Positions 39,961 through 48,884 are shown, counted from the first letter of the stretch. The stretch is 64,000 bases of DNA from a virus (IMGVR_UViG_3300021197_001596:1535-65534); one strand, 5' to 3'. Numbers and translations are program-made. The notes: generated by a model from the letters alone, not told the origin.

Positions 39961-40397
39961 CTTGTTAAATCTTTATTCATTTTATCAATAGCAACGTTAT
40001 ATACTTTATCGCTATAGCTATTGTTTTTATTAAATACGCTTCTTCTTGATATAGGTAAATCTTCTTGACCTAATAATATTCTATATATACGGCTTATTAA
40101 ATATTTACACTTAGTTGAAACTTTATATACAGAATATTTTATTGTAGTTCTGTTTCTATGCGCATACACCTCAATCCATCCATCTTTACGTAATCTTTCC
40201 CATCTATTTTTATCCCAGGAGTATATATAGGTGCCTTTGATATAATCATTACGCGTAAATTTACCAAGACAATCAAAATGAATAAGTAATTCTAAATCCG
40301 CATCATTAAGACTATAGGTTTTACAGGCCCATTTTCTAACGAGCCTGTAATATTTAAATAGACCTATATCTCTTAATGTATCCGCACTTATTTTCAT
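39957..40397 (-). CDS. Hypothetical protein, possible winged-helix (146 aa)
   Basis: L..ADLELL...RL.K.GWI...YKVSTK pattern resembles MarR-like winged HTH; overlaps groS stop. Confidence 0.5.
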   Translation of the reverse strand: MKISADTLRDIGLFKYYRLVRKWACKTYSLNDADLELLIHFDCLGKFTRNDYIKGTYIYSWDKNRWERLRKDGWIEVYAHRNRTTIKYSVYKVSTKCKYLISRIYRILLGQEDLPISRRSVFNKNNSYSDKVYNVAIDKMNKDLTR

Positions 40398-40654
40398 AAG
40401 ACCGCAATTACATCTTGCTCTTTAATTACGTAAAATAATTTATCATCAAATTCAATGCCATACCCGGCGTGCTTATCAAAGTATATTTCCGTTTCGGGAG
40501 TTAAACCTTCAATAAGATTTCCAACTGATATTACTTTTGCTTTTTGATACCTTATATCATTTTGATGTTGTTCAGTTAAAATTAAACCGCCTTTGTTCGT
40601 TTTAATTTCTTCTTTAATTTTTTCAATTATTATATATCTATTGACTGCTTTCAT
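40394..40654 (-). CDS. groS: Co-chaperonin GroES
   Basis: MKAVNRYIIIE...TNKGGLIL...AKVISVG...VIKEQDVIAVL; ATG at 40654 overlaps the groL TGA (track start 40681 is probably too long). Confidence 0.88.
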   Translation of the reverse strand: MKAVNRYIIIEKIKEEIKTNKGGLILTEQHQNDIRYQKAKVISVGNLIEGLTPETEIYFDKHAGYGIEFDDKLFYVIKEQDVIAVL

Positions 40655-42201
40655 TGTTCTCTTACGTTTGAAATTACACAATCAGCAGACATAATAGTTG
40701 TTGCAACTGAAGCCGCATTTTTTAAAGCTGTTTTTGTAACAAGCACCGGATCAATAATTCCAGCAGAAATCATTCTTACTTGTTTACCTGTAACTACGTC
40801 AATACCCTTTCCTTTAGTCATTTTTTCGGGAATCTTAATCCCTCCATTTTCAAGGATTTTATTAAAGGGTGCTTTGATAGAATCAACGAGTATTTTTTCT
40901 CCAGGGCAGGAAGGCTTAATACTAGTAGCAGCGTTGATAAGAGCAACACCAGCTCCAGGGACAATACCTTCTTTAAGCGCAGCTTTAACCGCATAAATTG
41001 CATCTTCAACACGATCTTTCTTTTCTTTTAATTCAACTTTACTATTAGCGCCTACATAAATAACTCCTACAGATCCAGAAAGCATTGCTTTTCTGTCTTG
41101 TAGCTTTTTAAGCAAATAAGGATTTTTTTCTTCTTTTATTTGCTTTTGAATTATATTTATTCTTTCTTCTGTTTCTTTATTTATATTGCTAGTAGTTATA
41201 ATCGTGTCTTTTTCATCAGTAACAACTTTAACTGCTTCTCCTAAAACTGACGCATCTATAAGATCTAAGTCATCTCCTAAGTCTTCATTAATAACTTGTG
41301 CTCCAGTAACAACAGCTAAATCTTCTAGCATTTCTCTTCTTAAATTTGAAAAACCAGGAGGATCAATAACATTTACCTTTATATTGCCTTTTGCTTTATT
41401 CATTATTAAAGCTGATAAAGGTTGTTGGCCTACAGATCCAACAATAAGTATTGCTCTGTTATTTTTTATAGCGTATTCAAGTACCGATTGGATTTTACGG
41501 ATCGTTTCAATTTCCGTGTCCACAAGTAAAACCAAGGGACTATCAAGAATAACTTTATTTTTTTCCTTATCAGTAATGAAGTATTGAGACTTAATTCCCG
41601 AATCAAATTTAACGCCATCAACTATTTCTGTATAAGTTTTATCATCTTCTGATTCTTCCATTAAAACAACACCATCTTTTCCAACTTTTTCATAAGCACC
41701 AGCTATAATGTTTCCTAATTCATAATCATTATTTGTTGATATATTAGCTACATGCGTAAGCATCTCGTCTTTTACCGGAATTGCTTCTTTATCTAAATAC
41801 TTAATTACTTTTTTAACAGCATTATTTATGCCGTTTTTTATGCTTCTTAAGTTTGTTAAATTACTATTATTGTAATTGCTAAGAATGGAGTGAGCGAGGA
41901 CAGTAGACGTAGTCGTACCATCCCCGGCTTCTTTAACTGTTTTCTGAGCTGCCTCTTTAATGAGGGTTGCACCGATATTTTCGGCAGGATCCATAAGGAT
42001 TACGCTATTTGCAACAGTTACTCCGTCTTTTGTTATTATTGGACGGCCAGTGCCATCTTCATATATAACACATTTTCCTGAGGCCCCAAGGGTAGAGGAA
42101 ACCGCTTTGTTAAGTTTGTCTACCCCGGCCATAATTTTACTTTTAGCGTCTTTGCCAAAATTTAAATTTTTGACAATTTCGCTAGGATGATTAAATTCCA
42201 T
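40651..42201 (-). CDS. groL: Chaperonin GroEL (516 aa)
   Basis: ITKDGVTVA, AGDGTTT, ELKEKKDRVEDA, EGIVPGAG, GIIDP..V.KTAL.NAASVA; no GGM tail. Confidence 0.96.
   Translation of the reverse strand: MEFNHPSEIVKNLNFGKDAKSKIMAGVDKLNKAVSSTLGASGKCVIYEDGTGRPIITKDGVTVANSVILMDPAENIGATLIKEAAQKTVKEAGDGTTTSTVLAHSILSNYNNSNLTNLRSIKNGINNAVKKVIKYLDKEAIPVKDEMLTHVANISTNNDYELGNIIAGAYEKVGKDGVVLMEESEDDKTYTEIVDGVKFDSGIKSQYFITDKEKNKVILDSPLVLLVDTEIETIRKIQSVLEYAIKNNRAILIVGSVGQQPLSALIMNKAKGNIKVNVIDPPGFSNLRREMLEDLAVVTGAQVINEDLGDDLDLIDASVLGEAVKVVTDEKDTIITTSNINKETEERINIIQKQIKEEKNPYLLKKLQDRKAMLSGSVGVIYVGANSKVELKEKKDRVEDAIYAVKAALKEGIVPGAGVALINAATSIKPSCPGEKILVDSIKAPFNKILENGGIKIPEKMTKGKGIDVVTGKQVRMISAGIIDPVLVTKTALKNAASVATTIMSADCVISNVREQ
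40818..41012 (-). CDS. Candidate nested TM/signal-peptide ORF in +1 frame of groL
   Basis: MQFMRLKLRLKKVLSLELVLLLSTLLLVLSLPALEKK...; groL uses CTT/CTC/ATC/ATT here instead of TTA/ATA. Confidence 0.4.
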   Translation of the reverse strand: MLKMQFMRLKLRLKKVLSLELVLLLSTLLLVLSLPALEKKYSLILSKHPLIKSLKMEGLRFPKK

Positions 42202-42220
42202 TAGATTAAATTTTAAATAA

Positions 42221-42505
42221 TTAATTAAACGTTTTCACTACAACAGGTCCTTCTGTTAATTTAAGTTTTCTTTTGTAGTGATCAATAGAAGAGTCAATAG
42301 CTCCTTCTGCTCCTTCTACGGTTTCTCTTCGAGTTACTCCTTGCCATTGGTTATTCCGATTAAATTCAGTTTGATAATAACCATTTGGTAGTTGAGTAAT
42401 TCTCCAATTGCTTTTTTCAGCGTAGTCTTCCCAAAGTGTTTTGGTTTCTTCGGATACTTGCGGTTCATTAGACCACGTATTGGTCTTGTAATAAAAATAG
42501 GTCAT
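42221..42505 (-). CDS. Hypothetical phage protein (94 aa)
   Basis: WRITQLPNGYYQTE...VTRRETVEGAE.AID; good leader. Confidence 0.65.
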   Translation of the reverse strand: MTYFYYKTNTWSNEPQVSEETKTLWEDYAEKSNWRITQLPNGYYQTEFNRNNQWQGVTRRETVEGAEGAIDSSIDHYKRKLKLTEGPVVVKTFN

Positions 42506-42543
42506 AATTTAAGGTTTTGGTTAAAAAAAAGGTTTTGTTGCTA

Positions 42544-44751
42544 TTAAGCCTGCAACTTGGCTTTTAAGGTATCTATTTGGTTTTGTTGTTCTTTTACAGT
42601 CTCTATTAATAATCCTATAACACCATTGTAATCTACAGCAAGATGTGATGAGGTATCATTTAATTCTTTTACTTCTGAAACAAGCGACGGCATTACTTTT
42701 TGTACGTCTTGTGCTATAATACCACCTGATTGTTTTCCGTTTCTAGCCCAGTTAAACGTTACACCATCTAATTGTTTTATCTTTTCTATTGGATCTACAA
42801 TGGTTTGTATGTTATTCTTTAATTTTTTGTCAGAAGCAACAGTTGTAGAAAAAGCAATAACGTCCCCGTCAACGTGTAATGTGCCATCTGCTAAAAGTTG
42901 CATTTCGTTATTACTGTTTACATACCAGTCAATTTTTGTATTTCCTGTAGTATCCCAAGCTGTTCTTGTGTTTGCAGCGTTTGGTAAAGCTGATAATGTA
43001 ACATCACTTTTTAGTTTTGCAAGCGCAACCGCACTCGCTGCTATTTTTCCTTCTGTTACAGCTAAATTACCAATCTTACCTGATGTTACAGCTGCTGTAC
43101 CAATTTTACCTTCTGTTACTGCGCTAGTGTTTATCTGGCTAGTACCAACAGCGTTGTCTGCAATTAAAGGAGTTGTTATGGCATCATCAGCTATAAGAGC
43201 AGTTATTATAGCATCATCAGCAATTTTTCCAGATGTAATAATATCATCAGGAATCATATTAGCATCAAGCGTTCTAAACTCTACTTGGTTTGCGGCGGCA
43301 TTTACAACAGCAATTTGATGAGCAGCACCTATTGAGCTAGCTGTATCACTTAAGCCTGTAAAAGTAGTTGCACCAACTTGTGAGGTATCAATCCATTTTA
43401 ATCCTAAATGATTAGTGCCTGATTGATTATTCACATCTACTGCTAAAACTTTACCAGCGGTTCCCGTATTAACCGTCGTAAAGTTATCTACATTACTTAC
43501 TTTAAAGCTGCTAAATTCTAATCCGTTTACAGCGGCGTTAACTTTTAATATATCACCAGCACTTGCTGTATACGAAGAAGGCGTGTCTGATAATGCTAAA
43601 AAGTTAGATGATCCTCCACCAGCCGCTGTCCAAGCTAAGTTACCGCCTGATAATGACAATACTTGCCCGTTAACACCTGTCGATGCTGACAATTTAGCCG
43701 CTGTTATAGCGCTGTTGTCTATATCTCCAGTACCTACAGTTGTTTTTGTTGCTAAAGCACCAGCATCTGTAACATGAGACATTATATGTGTGTGATTAGC
43801 TAAAGCAAGCCTAGCAGCATTACGATCTGTAATAGATGTTTGCTTGTCTAAAAAAGCCGCTTCACCAAAAGTGAAATCAACATCAGTGCCGCCACCACCT
43901 AAACTAAATGTAACAACCTCGTTATTCCTACTTACACCATCAAGAAAATAATTGCTAGCGGAGTTAGCAGCCCATGTAAAACCAGTTGTGCCATCTGATG
44001 TTAATACATAGCCAGACGTAGGTGCGTTAGATATTTTTAGTTTTTCTTCTGTAATTGCTTCGGCTTTTACTTTTAATGTTGTAACAGCGTCTGTGTTTAA
44101 TTCATTACTACCTATTGTATCTAAATAAGCAAGAGCTTTTAAAGAAGATGTATCTATGTCTGTTAATGAAAGAGTGGAAGATAATTGTGTTACTATAGAG
44201 GAAACGCTTTCAAAAGCAGCGGATCCAAAAGTCATACTTTGATTAGCAGAACCGTTTACTTCAAAAGTAACAACATTGCCAGATCTTGTAACACCATTTA
44301 AAAAATAATTAGTATCAGCTATACTAGCAGCATTTACCCAAGAAAACGATCCATCACCGTCAGATGACAATAGCTGCCCAGAGGTACCATTACCTGCTAC
44401 GTTTAAATAATACGCAGTAATATCATTTTGAGCTACAACTTGAGATGTATTGAAAGATACATCATCTGCGGCAAAATCAGTTACAGCACTAAAAGCCGCC
44501 GTACCTAACGTCAACTCTTGATCATTAATACCGTTAACTACAAAAGTTACAATACCGGTAGTTTGATCGGCTGTTATAGCGCTTAAATAATAATTAGTGT
44601 CTACAACACCATCGGATGCCAAGCTAATAAAATCTATTAAAGACCCAACTGAGTAATTTTTTGTTATACTGCTATTTTGTGCATCTGACCCTATTAATAT
44701 ATCATCTCTAGATAAAACGAGGTCTCTATCGTATGTGGATATTCTTGCCAT
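42544..44751 (-). CDS. Second tail fibre with C-terminal S74 chaperone (735 aa)
   Basis: N-terminus paralogous to the 1600-aa fibre; G..GQ.L..DG.G.F.W repeats; SDKKLKNNI...GIIAQDV...VDYNG..GLLIE.VKE. Confidence 0.88.
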   Translation of the reverse strand: MARISTYDRDLVLSRDDILIGSDAQNSSITKNYSVGSLIDFISLASDGVVDTNYYLSAITADQTTGIVTFVVNGINDQELTLGTAAFSAVTDFAADDVSFNTSQVVAQNDITAYYLNVAGNGTSGQLLSSDGDGSFSWVNAASIADTNYFLNGVTRSGNVVTFEVNGSANQSMTFGSAAFESVSSIVTQLSSTLSLTDIDTSSLKALAYLDTIGSNELNTDAVTTLKVKAEAITEEKLKISNAPTSGYVLTSDGTTGFTWAANSASNYFLDGVSRNNEVVTFSLGGGGTDVDFTFGEAAFLDKQTSITDRNAARLALANHTHIMSHVTDAGALATKTTVGTGDIDNSAITAAKLSASTGVNGQVLSLSGGNLAWTAAGGGSSNFLALSDTPSSYTASAGDILKVNAAVNGLEFSSFKVSNVDNFTTVNTGTAGKVLAVDVNNQSGTNHLGLKWIDTSQVGATTFTGLSDTASSIGAAHQIAVVNAAANQVEFRTLDANMIPDDIITSGKIADDAIITALIADDAITTPLIADNAVGTSQINTSAVTEGKIGTAAVTSGKIGNLAVTEGKIAASAVALAKLKSDVTLSALPNAANTRTAWDTTGNTKIDWYVNSNNEMQLLADGTLHVDGDVIAFSTTVASDKKLKNNIQTIVDPIEKIKQLDGVTFNWARNGKQSGGIIAQDVQKVMPSLVSEVKELNDTSSHLAVDYNGVIGLLIETVKEQQNQIDTLKAKLQA
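43009..43248 (-). repeat. Eight degenerate 30-bp (10-aa) tandem coding repeats in the fibre shaft
   Basis: DDIITSGKIA DDAIITALIA DDAITTPLIA DNAVGTSQIN TSAVTEGKIG TAAVTSGKIG NLAVTEGKIA ASAVALAKLK. Confidence 0.85.
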
Positions 44752-44990
44752 TATTTACGTTTTGTATTGTTTGTAGATTTGGTTGCGCTCCGATTTGTTC
44801 GTACGCTCACAAAACGGTTTCTATTATGGTCATAGTCTAATCCTGTTAGATCTTTGCCATTCTTTTGTGCCTTACGGCGAAGTCTTTGATTTTCTGCTTT
44901 CATAGCTCGGCGCCGCGGGGTCATAGCTTCTTTTTTATCTCGCTCTGCCTTACGGCGCTTTGCATATATTGAAAGTACTTGTTTGGCCAT
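44751..44990 (-). CDS. Small Arg/Lys-rich protein, degenerate HNH-like motif (79 aa)
   Basis: GLDYDH....FVSVRTNR resembles a minimal HNH signature. Confidence 0.45.
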   Translation of the reverse strand: MAKQVLSIYAKRRKAERDKKEAMTPRRRAMKAENQRLRRKAQKNGKDLTGLDYDHNRNRFVSVRTNRSATKSTNNTKRK

Positions 44991-45742
44991 TATTTTTTGC
45001 CTCTTTGCATTTTAAGACCCTTAACCCCTTTTTTCATCATAGGAGATTTCTTTTTAGAGCCATAAGATTTAGCAGGTGATTTACCAGCTGTTTCCTTCTT
45101 TTTAAGATCAGCAGTACTTGCAGATGGCTTACCTGAAGTAGTTGTTCCTTTAGCTTTAATTTGAGATGCTGTTTTTTCTTTTACGCCTAAAGCTCTTTTA
45201 GTAACCTTAGCACCTTTAGGAGCTGGCCCTTTTGCAACACCTTTTTTCTTTATTTTAGAAACAGATGCTTCTTTTACAACTTTAGTACCGTCTGCTAGTG
45301 TACGAGTTCCTTTAGCGCCTGAAACGGTAGAGCTTACCATAGCACCTTTACTTCCCTTTGGGCCAGTGCCTTCCATTCTAGCATATACTTTTGTACCTAC
45401 TCTACCGGCTCCTTGTCTTTTTGACATTGTAGTGCCAATTGGGGCTCTGCTTCCTTTTTCTACAGTTTCTGTAGTAATAATATTTTTACCACCCCCTCTT
45501 TTTTCGTAAGAACCTTTTTTCCCTCTTTTGATTGTTTCTTTTTTGGTATCTAATACTACATCTGCATCTTTCATTACAGGTGATTTTGATTTAGATCCGT
45601 AGCTTTTAGCTGGAGATTCTTTCTTAGCTGTCTCAGGAGCGGCTAGTATTTTTTCTTTTAGTTGTTGAGGTAAGTTAGCTTGCTTACCTACTAAAGCCTT
45701 CATCATTGGAGTTTTGGGCTTCATTTTAAATGGTGATGCCAT
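44990..45742 (-). CDS. Lys-rich basic protein with SP/TP-x-K repeats (250 aa)
   Basis: SPAKSYGSKSKSPVMK and SPAKSYGSKKKSPMMK internal repeat; histone-H1-like composition. Confidence 0.65.
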   Translation of the reverse strand: MASPFKMKPKTPMMKALVGKQANLPQQLKEKILAAPETAKKESPAKSYGSKSKSPVMKDADVVLDTKKETIKRGKKGSYEKRGGGKNIITTETVEKGSRAPIGTTMSKRQGAGRVGTKVYARMEGTGPKGSKGAMVSSTVSGAKGTRTLADGTKVVKEASVSKIKKKGVAKGPAPKGAKVTKRALGVKEKTASQIKAKGTTTSGKPSASTADLKKKETAGKSPAKSYGSKKKSPMMKKGVKGLKMQRGKK

Positions 45743-45812
45743 CGGTTGTTTTTTTTAAGATTAATCTAATTAGTTTACATGCATGTATTATAACTTGTTA
45801 TATTACGTTGTA

Positions 45813-45989
45813 TTATTCTTTTTTAAGTGGTTTCATTTTATTATAAAGAGCTTGTGCTAATACAACTTCGTCGGGATTACACCGGTCTAAGTTTTCAGTT
45901 AACGACTTAAATTCATTTGCCGTGTTTTTTGGGGCTGCGCAGCTTGCGGTCAGACTTGCCACAAGTGCACTCATTAGTAATGTTCTCAT
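45813..45989 (-). CDS. Small lipoprotein (58 aa; o-spanin or exclusion protein candidate)
   Basis: MRTLLMSALVASLTAS-C lipobox from ATG 45989. Confidence 0.65.
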   Translation of the reverse strand: MRTLLMSALVASLTASCAAPKNTANEFKSLTENLDRCNPDEVVLAQALYNKMKPLKKE

Positions 45990-46116
45990 AAGGTTTGTTT
46001 GTTTGTGCGATATGTATTTCAATAAGCGCGTTAGTTAGTGCGTCGATACTCTTACGTATCTCCTTTAATTCGTTACGTATACCGTTACTTTTTACGTTAA
46101 TTGTTTCTTTGCTCAT
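45913..46116 (-). CDS. Small coiled-coil protein overlapping the lipoprotein gene (67 aa)
   Basis: NGIRNELKEIRKSIDALTNAL; good A-rich leader. Confidence 0.55.
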   Translation of the reverse strand: MSKETINVKSNGIRNELKEIRKSIDALTNALIEIHIAQTNKPYENITNECTCGKSDRKLRSPKKHGK

Positions 46117-46158
46117 TATATTTAATTAAATTATGTACGTTACATTATATGATTCAGT

Positions 46159-46398
46159 TTACTTGCGTTTTGTAACTGCTTCAAGCAAACCTCTTTCATA
46201 CTCTAGTTGTTTTTCAATTTCAAGTATACGCGTTTCAAGACGATCTATAATAATAATCTTTTCATCTAATCTGTCATGCACCAAATGTATTTCATCTTTA
46301 AGTGAAGTAAACTCAGAGAATATACCACCTGCCGTGAATACAGCGGTAACAAACATAATAACTATAGATAAGTTATTCTTTATAAATGAATCTTGCAT
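46159..46398 (-). CDS. Single-TM plus coiled-coil protein (79 aa; i-spanin-like topology)
   Basis: N-terminal TM followed by heptads; first gene of the leftward operon. Confidence 0.55.
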   Translation of the reverse strand: MQDSFIKNNLSIVIMFVTAVFTAGGIFSEFTSLKDEIHLVHDRLDEKIIIIDRLETRILEIEKQLEYERGLLEAVTKRK

Positions 46399-46435
46399 AC
46401 TTATATGATTACATGCTATTTAAAGAAATCAAAAG

Positions 46436-46483
46436 TGCGACGTTAGCCTACTACATATATAATATTAATACCCTATTGTCACA
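46436..46483 (-). promoter_or_regulatory. 48-bp element, copy A (faces the late operon)
   Basis: Reverse complement matches 52521..52568 at 36/48 positions, ungapped. Confidence 0.7.
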
Positions 46484-46642
46484 TAAATGGGATACTTAAT
46501 TTTCTAGTAAGAAATATAGAGGTAACGTATTACACGTAACGTATTGGCAACCAGCCCCTTACACTAAACTGTTTATTTTACCCCACCCCCGTTACATTTA
46601 TAACACATTGTTGATTTTTTTTAGCTTTTTAATTTTAGTTTT

Positions 46643-46675
46643 TTACGTGCAAAACACGAACTAATTTGGATAATC
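46643..46675 (+). promoter_or_regulatory. 33-bp early promoter-like motif, copy 1
   Basis: TTACGTGCAAAACACGAACTAATTTGGATAATC. Confidence 0.65.
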
Positions 46676-46720
46676 TAGTTAGGCTCCGACTTCAATTATA
46701 CATTTTTAATGTATAGCAAA

Positions 46721-46753
46721 TTACAAAGCTAGCACGATCCATTTTGGATAATA
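46721..46753 (+). promoter_or_regulatory. 33-bp early promoter-like motif, copy 2
   Basis: TTACAAAGCTAGCACGATCCATTTTGGATAATA; ATG at 46780. Confidence 0.8.
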
Positions 46754-46779
46754 TATATGTAACAAATAAAGAAACAATT

Positions 46780-46992
46780 ATGAATGTTAGATTAGAAATA
46801 GTAAAAGAATTAGCAAAGTTTAGAGAAAGAACATCTTTTTATATAGAAGATTATTGGGGAAGTAAGAAGCAAATAGAAAATGAAATTAAGATCATTAATG
46901 AATTAGATAAGATTGTTAACTTAGATAATGAAATGAAATACAATGAAACTATTGTAGAATGGTATGAAAGAATGCTAAAATTTACAAAGTAA
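46780..46992 (+). CDS. Early hypothetical protein (70 aa)
   Basis: ATG 46780 with A-rich leader; the track start lies inside the promoter motif. Confidence 0.65.
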   Translation: MNVRLEIVKELAKFRERTSFYIEDYWGSKKQIENEIKIINELDKIVNLDNEMKYNETIVEWYERMLKFTK

Positions 46993-47014
46993 ACACGACC
47001 TCAACTGGATAATA
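46982..47014 (+). promoter_or_regulatory. 33-bp early promoter-like motif, copy 3
   Basis: TTACAAAGTAAACACGACCTCAACTGGATAATA; ATG at 47034. Confidence 0.8.
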
Positions 47015-47033
47015 TAAATGAAAATAAACACAC

Positions 47034-47183
47034 ATGAAATTTACTAGACTAGAACTCGAACTGATGAGGTATGCAATGTACGACCTCCTCAACCAAGATG
47101 ACAACCATGCTCAAACAAAATGTGAAGAGATCATACACAAAATTGATAAAGGTATTAACACACTGAGAGACAAAGCACAATAA
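47034..47183 (+). CDS. Early hypothetical protein (49 aa)
   Basis: MKFTRLELELMRYAMYDLLNQDD...; below the track cutoff; follows motif copy 3. Confidence 0.55.
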   Translation: MKFTRLELELMRYAMYDLLNQDDNHAQTKCEEIIHKIDKGINTLRDKAQ

Positions 47184-47224
47184 CATCTACTAAAATTATA
47201 CTAACAAACAAAATACACACTTTT

Positions 47225-47401
47225 ATGAATACTCAATTACAAAAGAAATTAGCAAGACAAGCCAAGCAAACTGAAAGACAAATGGGCTTCTATGGTATTG
47301 GTATGAAAGGCACAACAAGAATAACCTTTGCACGAAATGCACACTGGAACCATATTGACACAACTAAGATCTACTATGCACACACAAAGTTACAAGCTTA
47401 A
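47225..47401 (+). CDS. Early hypothetical protein (58 aa)
   Basis: MNTQLQKKLARQAKQTERQMGFYGIGMKG... Confidence 0.55.
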   Translation: MNTQLQKKLARQAKQTERQMGFYGIGMKGTTRITFARNAHWNHIDTTKIYYAHTKLQA

Positions 47402-47422
47402 TACGATCTTAAATGGATAATA
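47390..47422 (+). promoter_or_regulatory. 33-bp early promoter-like motif, copy 4
   Basis: TTACAAGCTTAATACGATCTTAAATGGATAATA; ATG at 47443. Confidence 0.8.
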
Positions 47423-47442
47423 TAAATGTAAAACAAACACAA

Positions 47443-47610
47443 ATGAAAGCAATACAACTAACACAACAACAAATTGACACAATTTACTTCACGGCTAAAA
47501 ACTTTATCAAACACACAGCAAATGTAGATTCAATGTTTGAGTTAGATGAACAACAAAAAATAGACTACAAAAATGAATTACTAATCTTAGAAATATTTTC
47601 AAAATTATGA
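47443..47610 (+). CDS. Early hypothetical protein (55 aa)
   Basis: MKAIQLTQQQIDTI...; stop overlaps the next small ORF at 47607..47747. Confidence 0.6.
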   Translation: MKAIQLTQQQIDTIYFTAKNFIKHTANVDSMFELDEQQKIDYKNELLILEIFSKL

Positions 47611-47759
47611 ATACATCACACACAAATTTAATGGACTGGGTCAACACGCTTGACATTCCATGCGAAGAAAAAATAAACAGAATATACAAATATTATGATT
47701 GGCCACTGAGCTATACCGAAACAAAAAAATATTTAATCAATAACTAATACTATACACAA

Positions 47760-48104
47760 ATGCATATCAAAAGAAATAAATTCAACGAACTAATTGTAAA
47801 ACAAGTAATGGCTGGTGAAATGCCCGGCTATCACAACTCAAAAAACGGTAACAAATGCTGGTCACTATATAAAGGTAATAAACGTATCTATGGCGAGCAC
47901 GACCTCGACGACCCTCGCGTCACACTGATATTACACCGACCACATTCATCTACACACATCACACTTGAATGTGACTATATTGAAGTTGCTGAGTACATTA
48001 CAAATCACGAAATGAATTTTGATAGCTTTGTAAAACAAGATAAATCATTAGCCGAGTACCTAACCAGTGACGAAGGCGCTTGGGGTAGACAAGACTCATT
48101 CTAA
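47760..48104 (+). CDS. Early hypothetical protein (114 aa)
   Basis: ORF track; good leader; followed by a small ORF at 48117..48293. Confidence 0.65.
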   Translation: MHIKRNKFNELIVKQVMAGEMPGYHNSKNGNKCWSLYKGNKRIYGEHDLDDPRVTLILHRPHSSTHITLECDYIEVAEYITNHEMNFDSFVKQDKSLAEYLTSDEGAWGRQDSF

Positions 48105-48386
48105 AACAATATAAATATGATAGATACAAGACCAAACCCATTAATTAGACAATACCACGATAAGCTACAAGACACAGTAGACTTTATTGATGAGCTCGTT
48201 GAGCTTGGCGTTAACTATGAATTCTTTATGAATGCACAGATAAGCCACAAAAACTTAAAGAAAATTAAAAAATTATTAGAACAAATAGGATAACATTATG
48301 AACCACTTAACCCTTTACACAGGAGAATTTTTTACAGGTATTTTATTAGCTATACCATTTATCATAACCATTTTGCTATACGCAAA

Positions 48387-48419
48387 TTACAAAGCAAACA
48401 CGTTAATAAACGGATAATA
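48387..48419 (+). promoter_or_regulatory. 33-bp early promoter-like motif, copy 5
   Basis: TTACAAAGCAAACACGTTAATAAACGGATAATA; ATG at 48449. Confidence 0.75.
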
Positions 48420-48448
48420 AATACGAATAACAATTAAAATTAAATATT

Positions 48449-48685
48449 ATGAACACAAACACACAACTAAACAACTACATTCAAATGCGTCAAACTGTAA
48501 CGCGAATTGAAAAACTAATGGGTGGCGACTGGGATGTACGCTATTGCCTTGAAAAAATTGTACCCATCTTATGGGCTGATGGTTTTGAAACCGAAGACAT
48601 TCAAAATTATATAACTGTAAAGCTATCTGAATGTATTGATAAGCTAGAAGATGAAAAAGAAATTATAACAACAAACAACCAATAA
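48449..48685 (+). CDS. Early hypothetical protein (78 aa)
   Basis: ORF track; leader AATTAAAATTAAATATT. Confidence 0.65.
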   Translation: MNTNTQLNNYIQMRQTVTRIEKLMGGDWDVRYCLEKIVPILWADGFETEDIQNYITVKLSECIDKLEDEKEIITTNNQ

Positions 48686-48686
48686 A

Positions 48687-48884
48687 ATGCAATTAGACAG
48701 ATACAAACAAAACCTAAAAATAATTGGCAATGACGTATATTCTTACGATACACACGTTGCAGAAATTAAAGATAATAAACTATACAGAATGAACTGGCAT
48801 GTACCAGGTGTAGGATCGTACAGCGTAACAACTACAAAGCATATTAATTATGTAGCTAACGAACTTAATCTTGAAATAGCATGA
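48687..48884 (+). CDS. Early hypothetical protein (65 aa)
   Basis: YSYDTHVA...YSVTTTKHINY motif, recalled from small early phage proteins. Confidence 0.65.
   Translation: MQLDRYKQNLKIIGNDVYSYDTHVAEIKDNKLYRMNWHVPGVGSYSVTTTKHINYVANELNLEIA

Noticed and set aside
745-43777. Numerous plus-strand ORFs opposite the structural genes (e.g. 3508..3978, 42800..43318)
   Set aside because: Antisense shadows of long coding frames with S/L/I/F-rich composition and no credible leaders.
26548-44751. Diversity-generating retroelement or invertible tail-fibre cassette
   Set aside because: No reverse transcriptase or invertase, and no near-identical template/variable repeat pair noticed.
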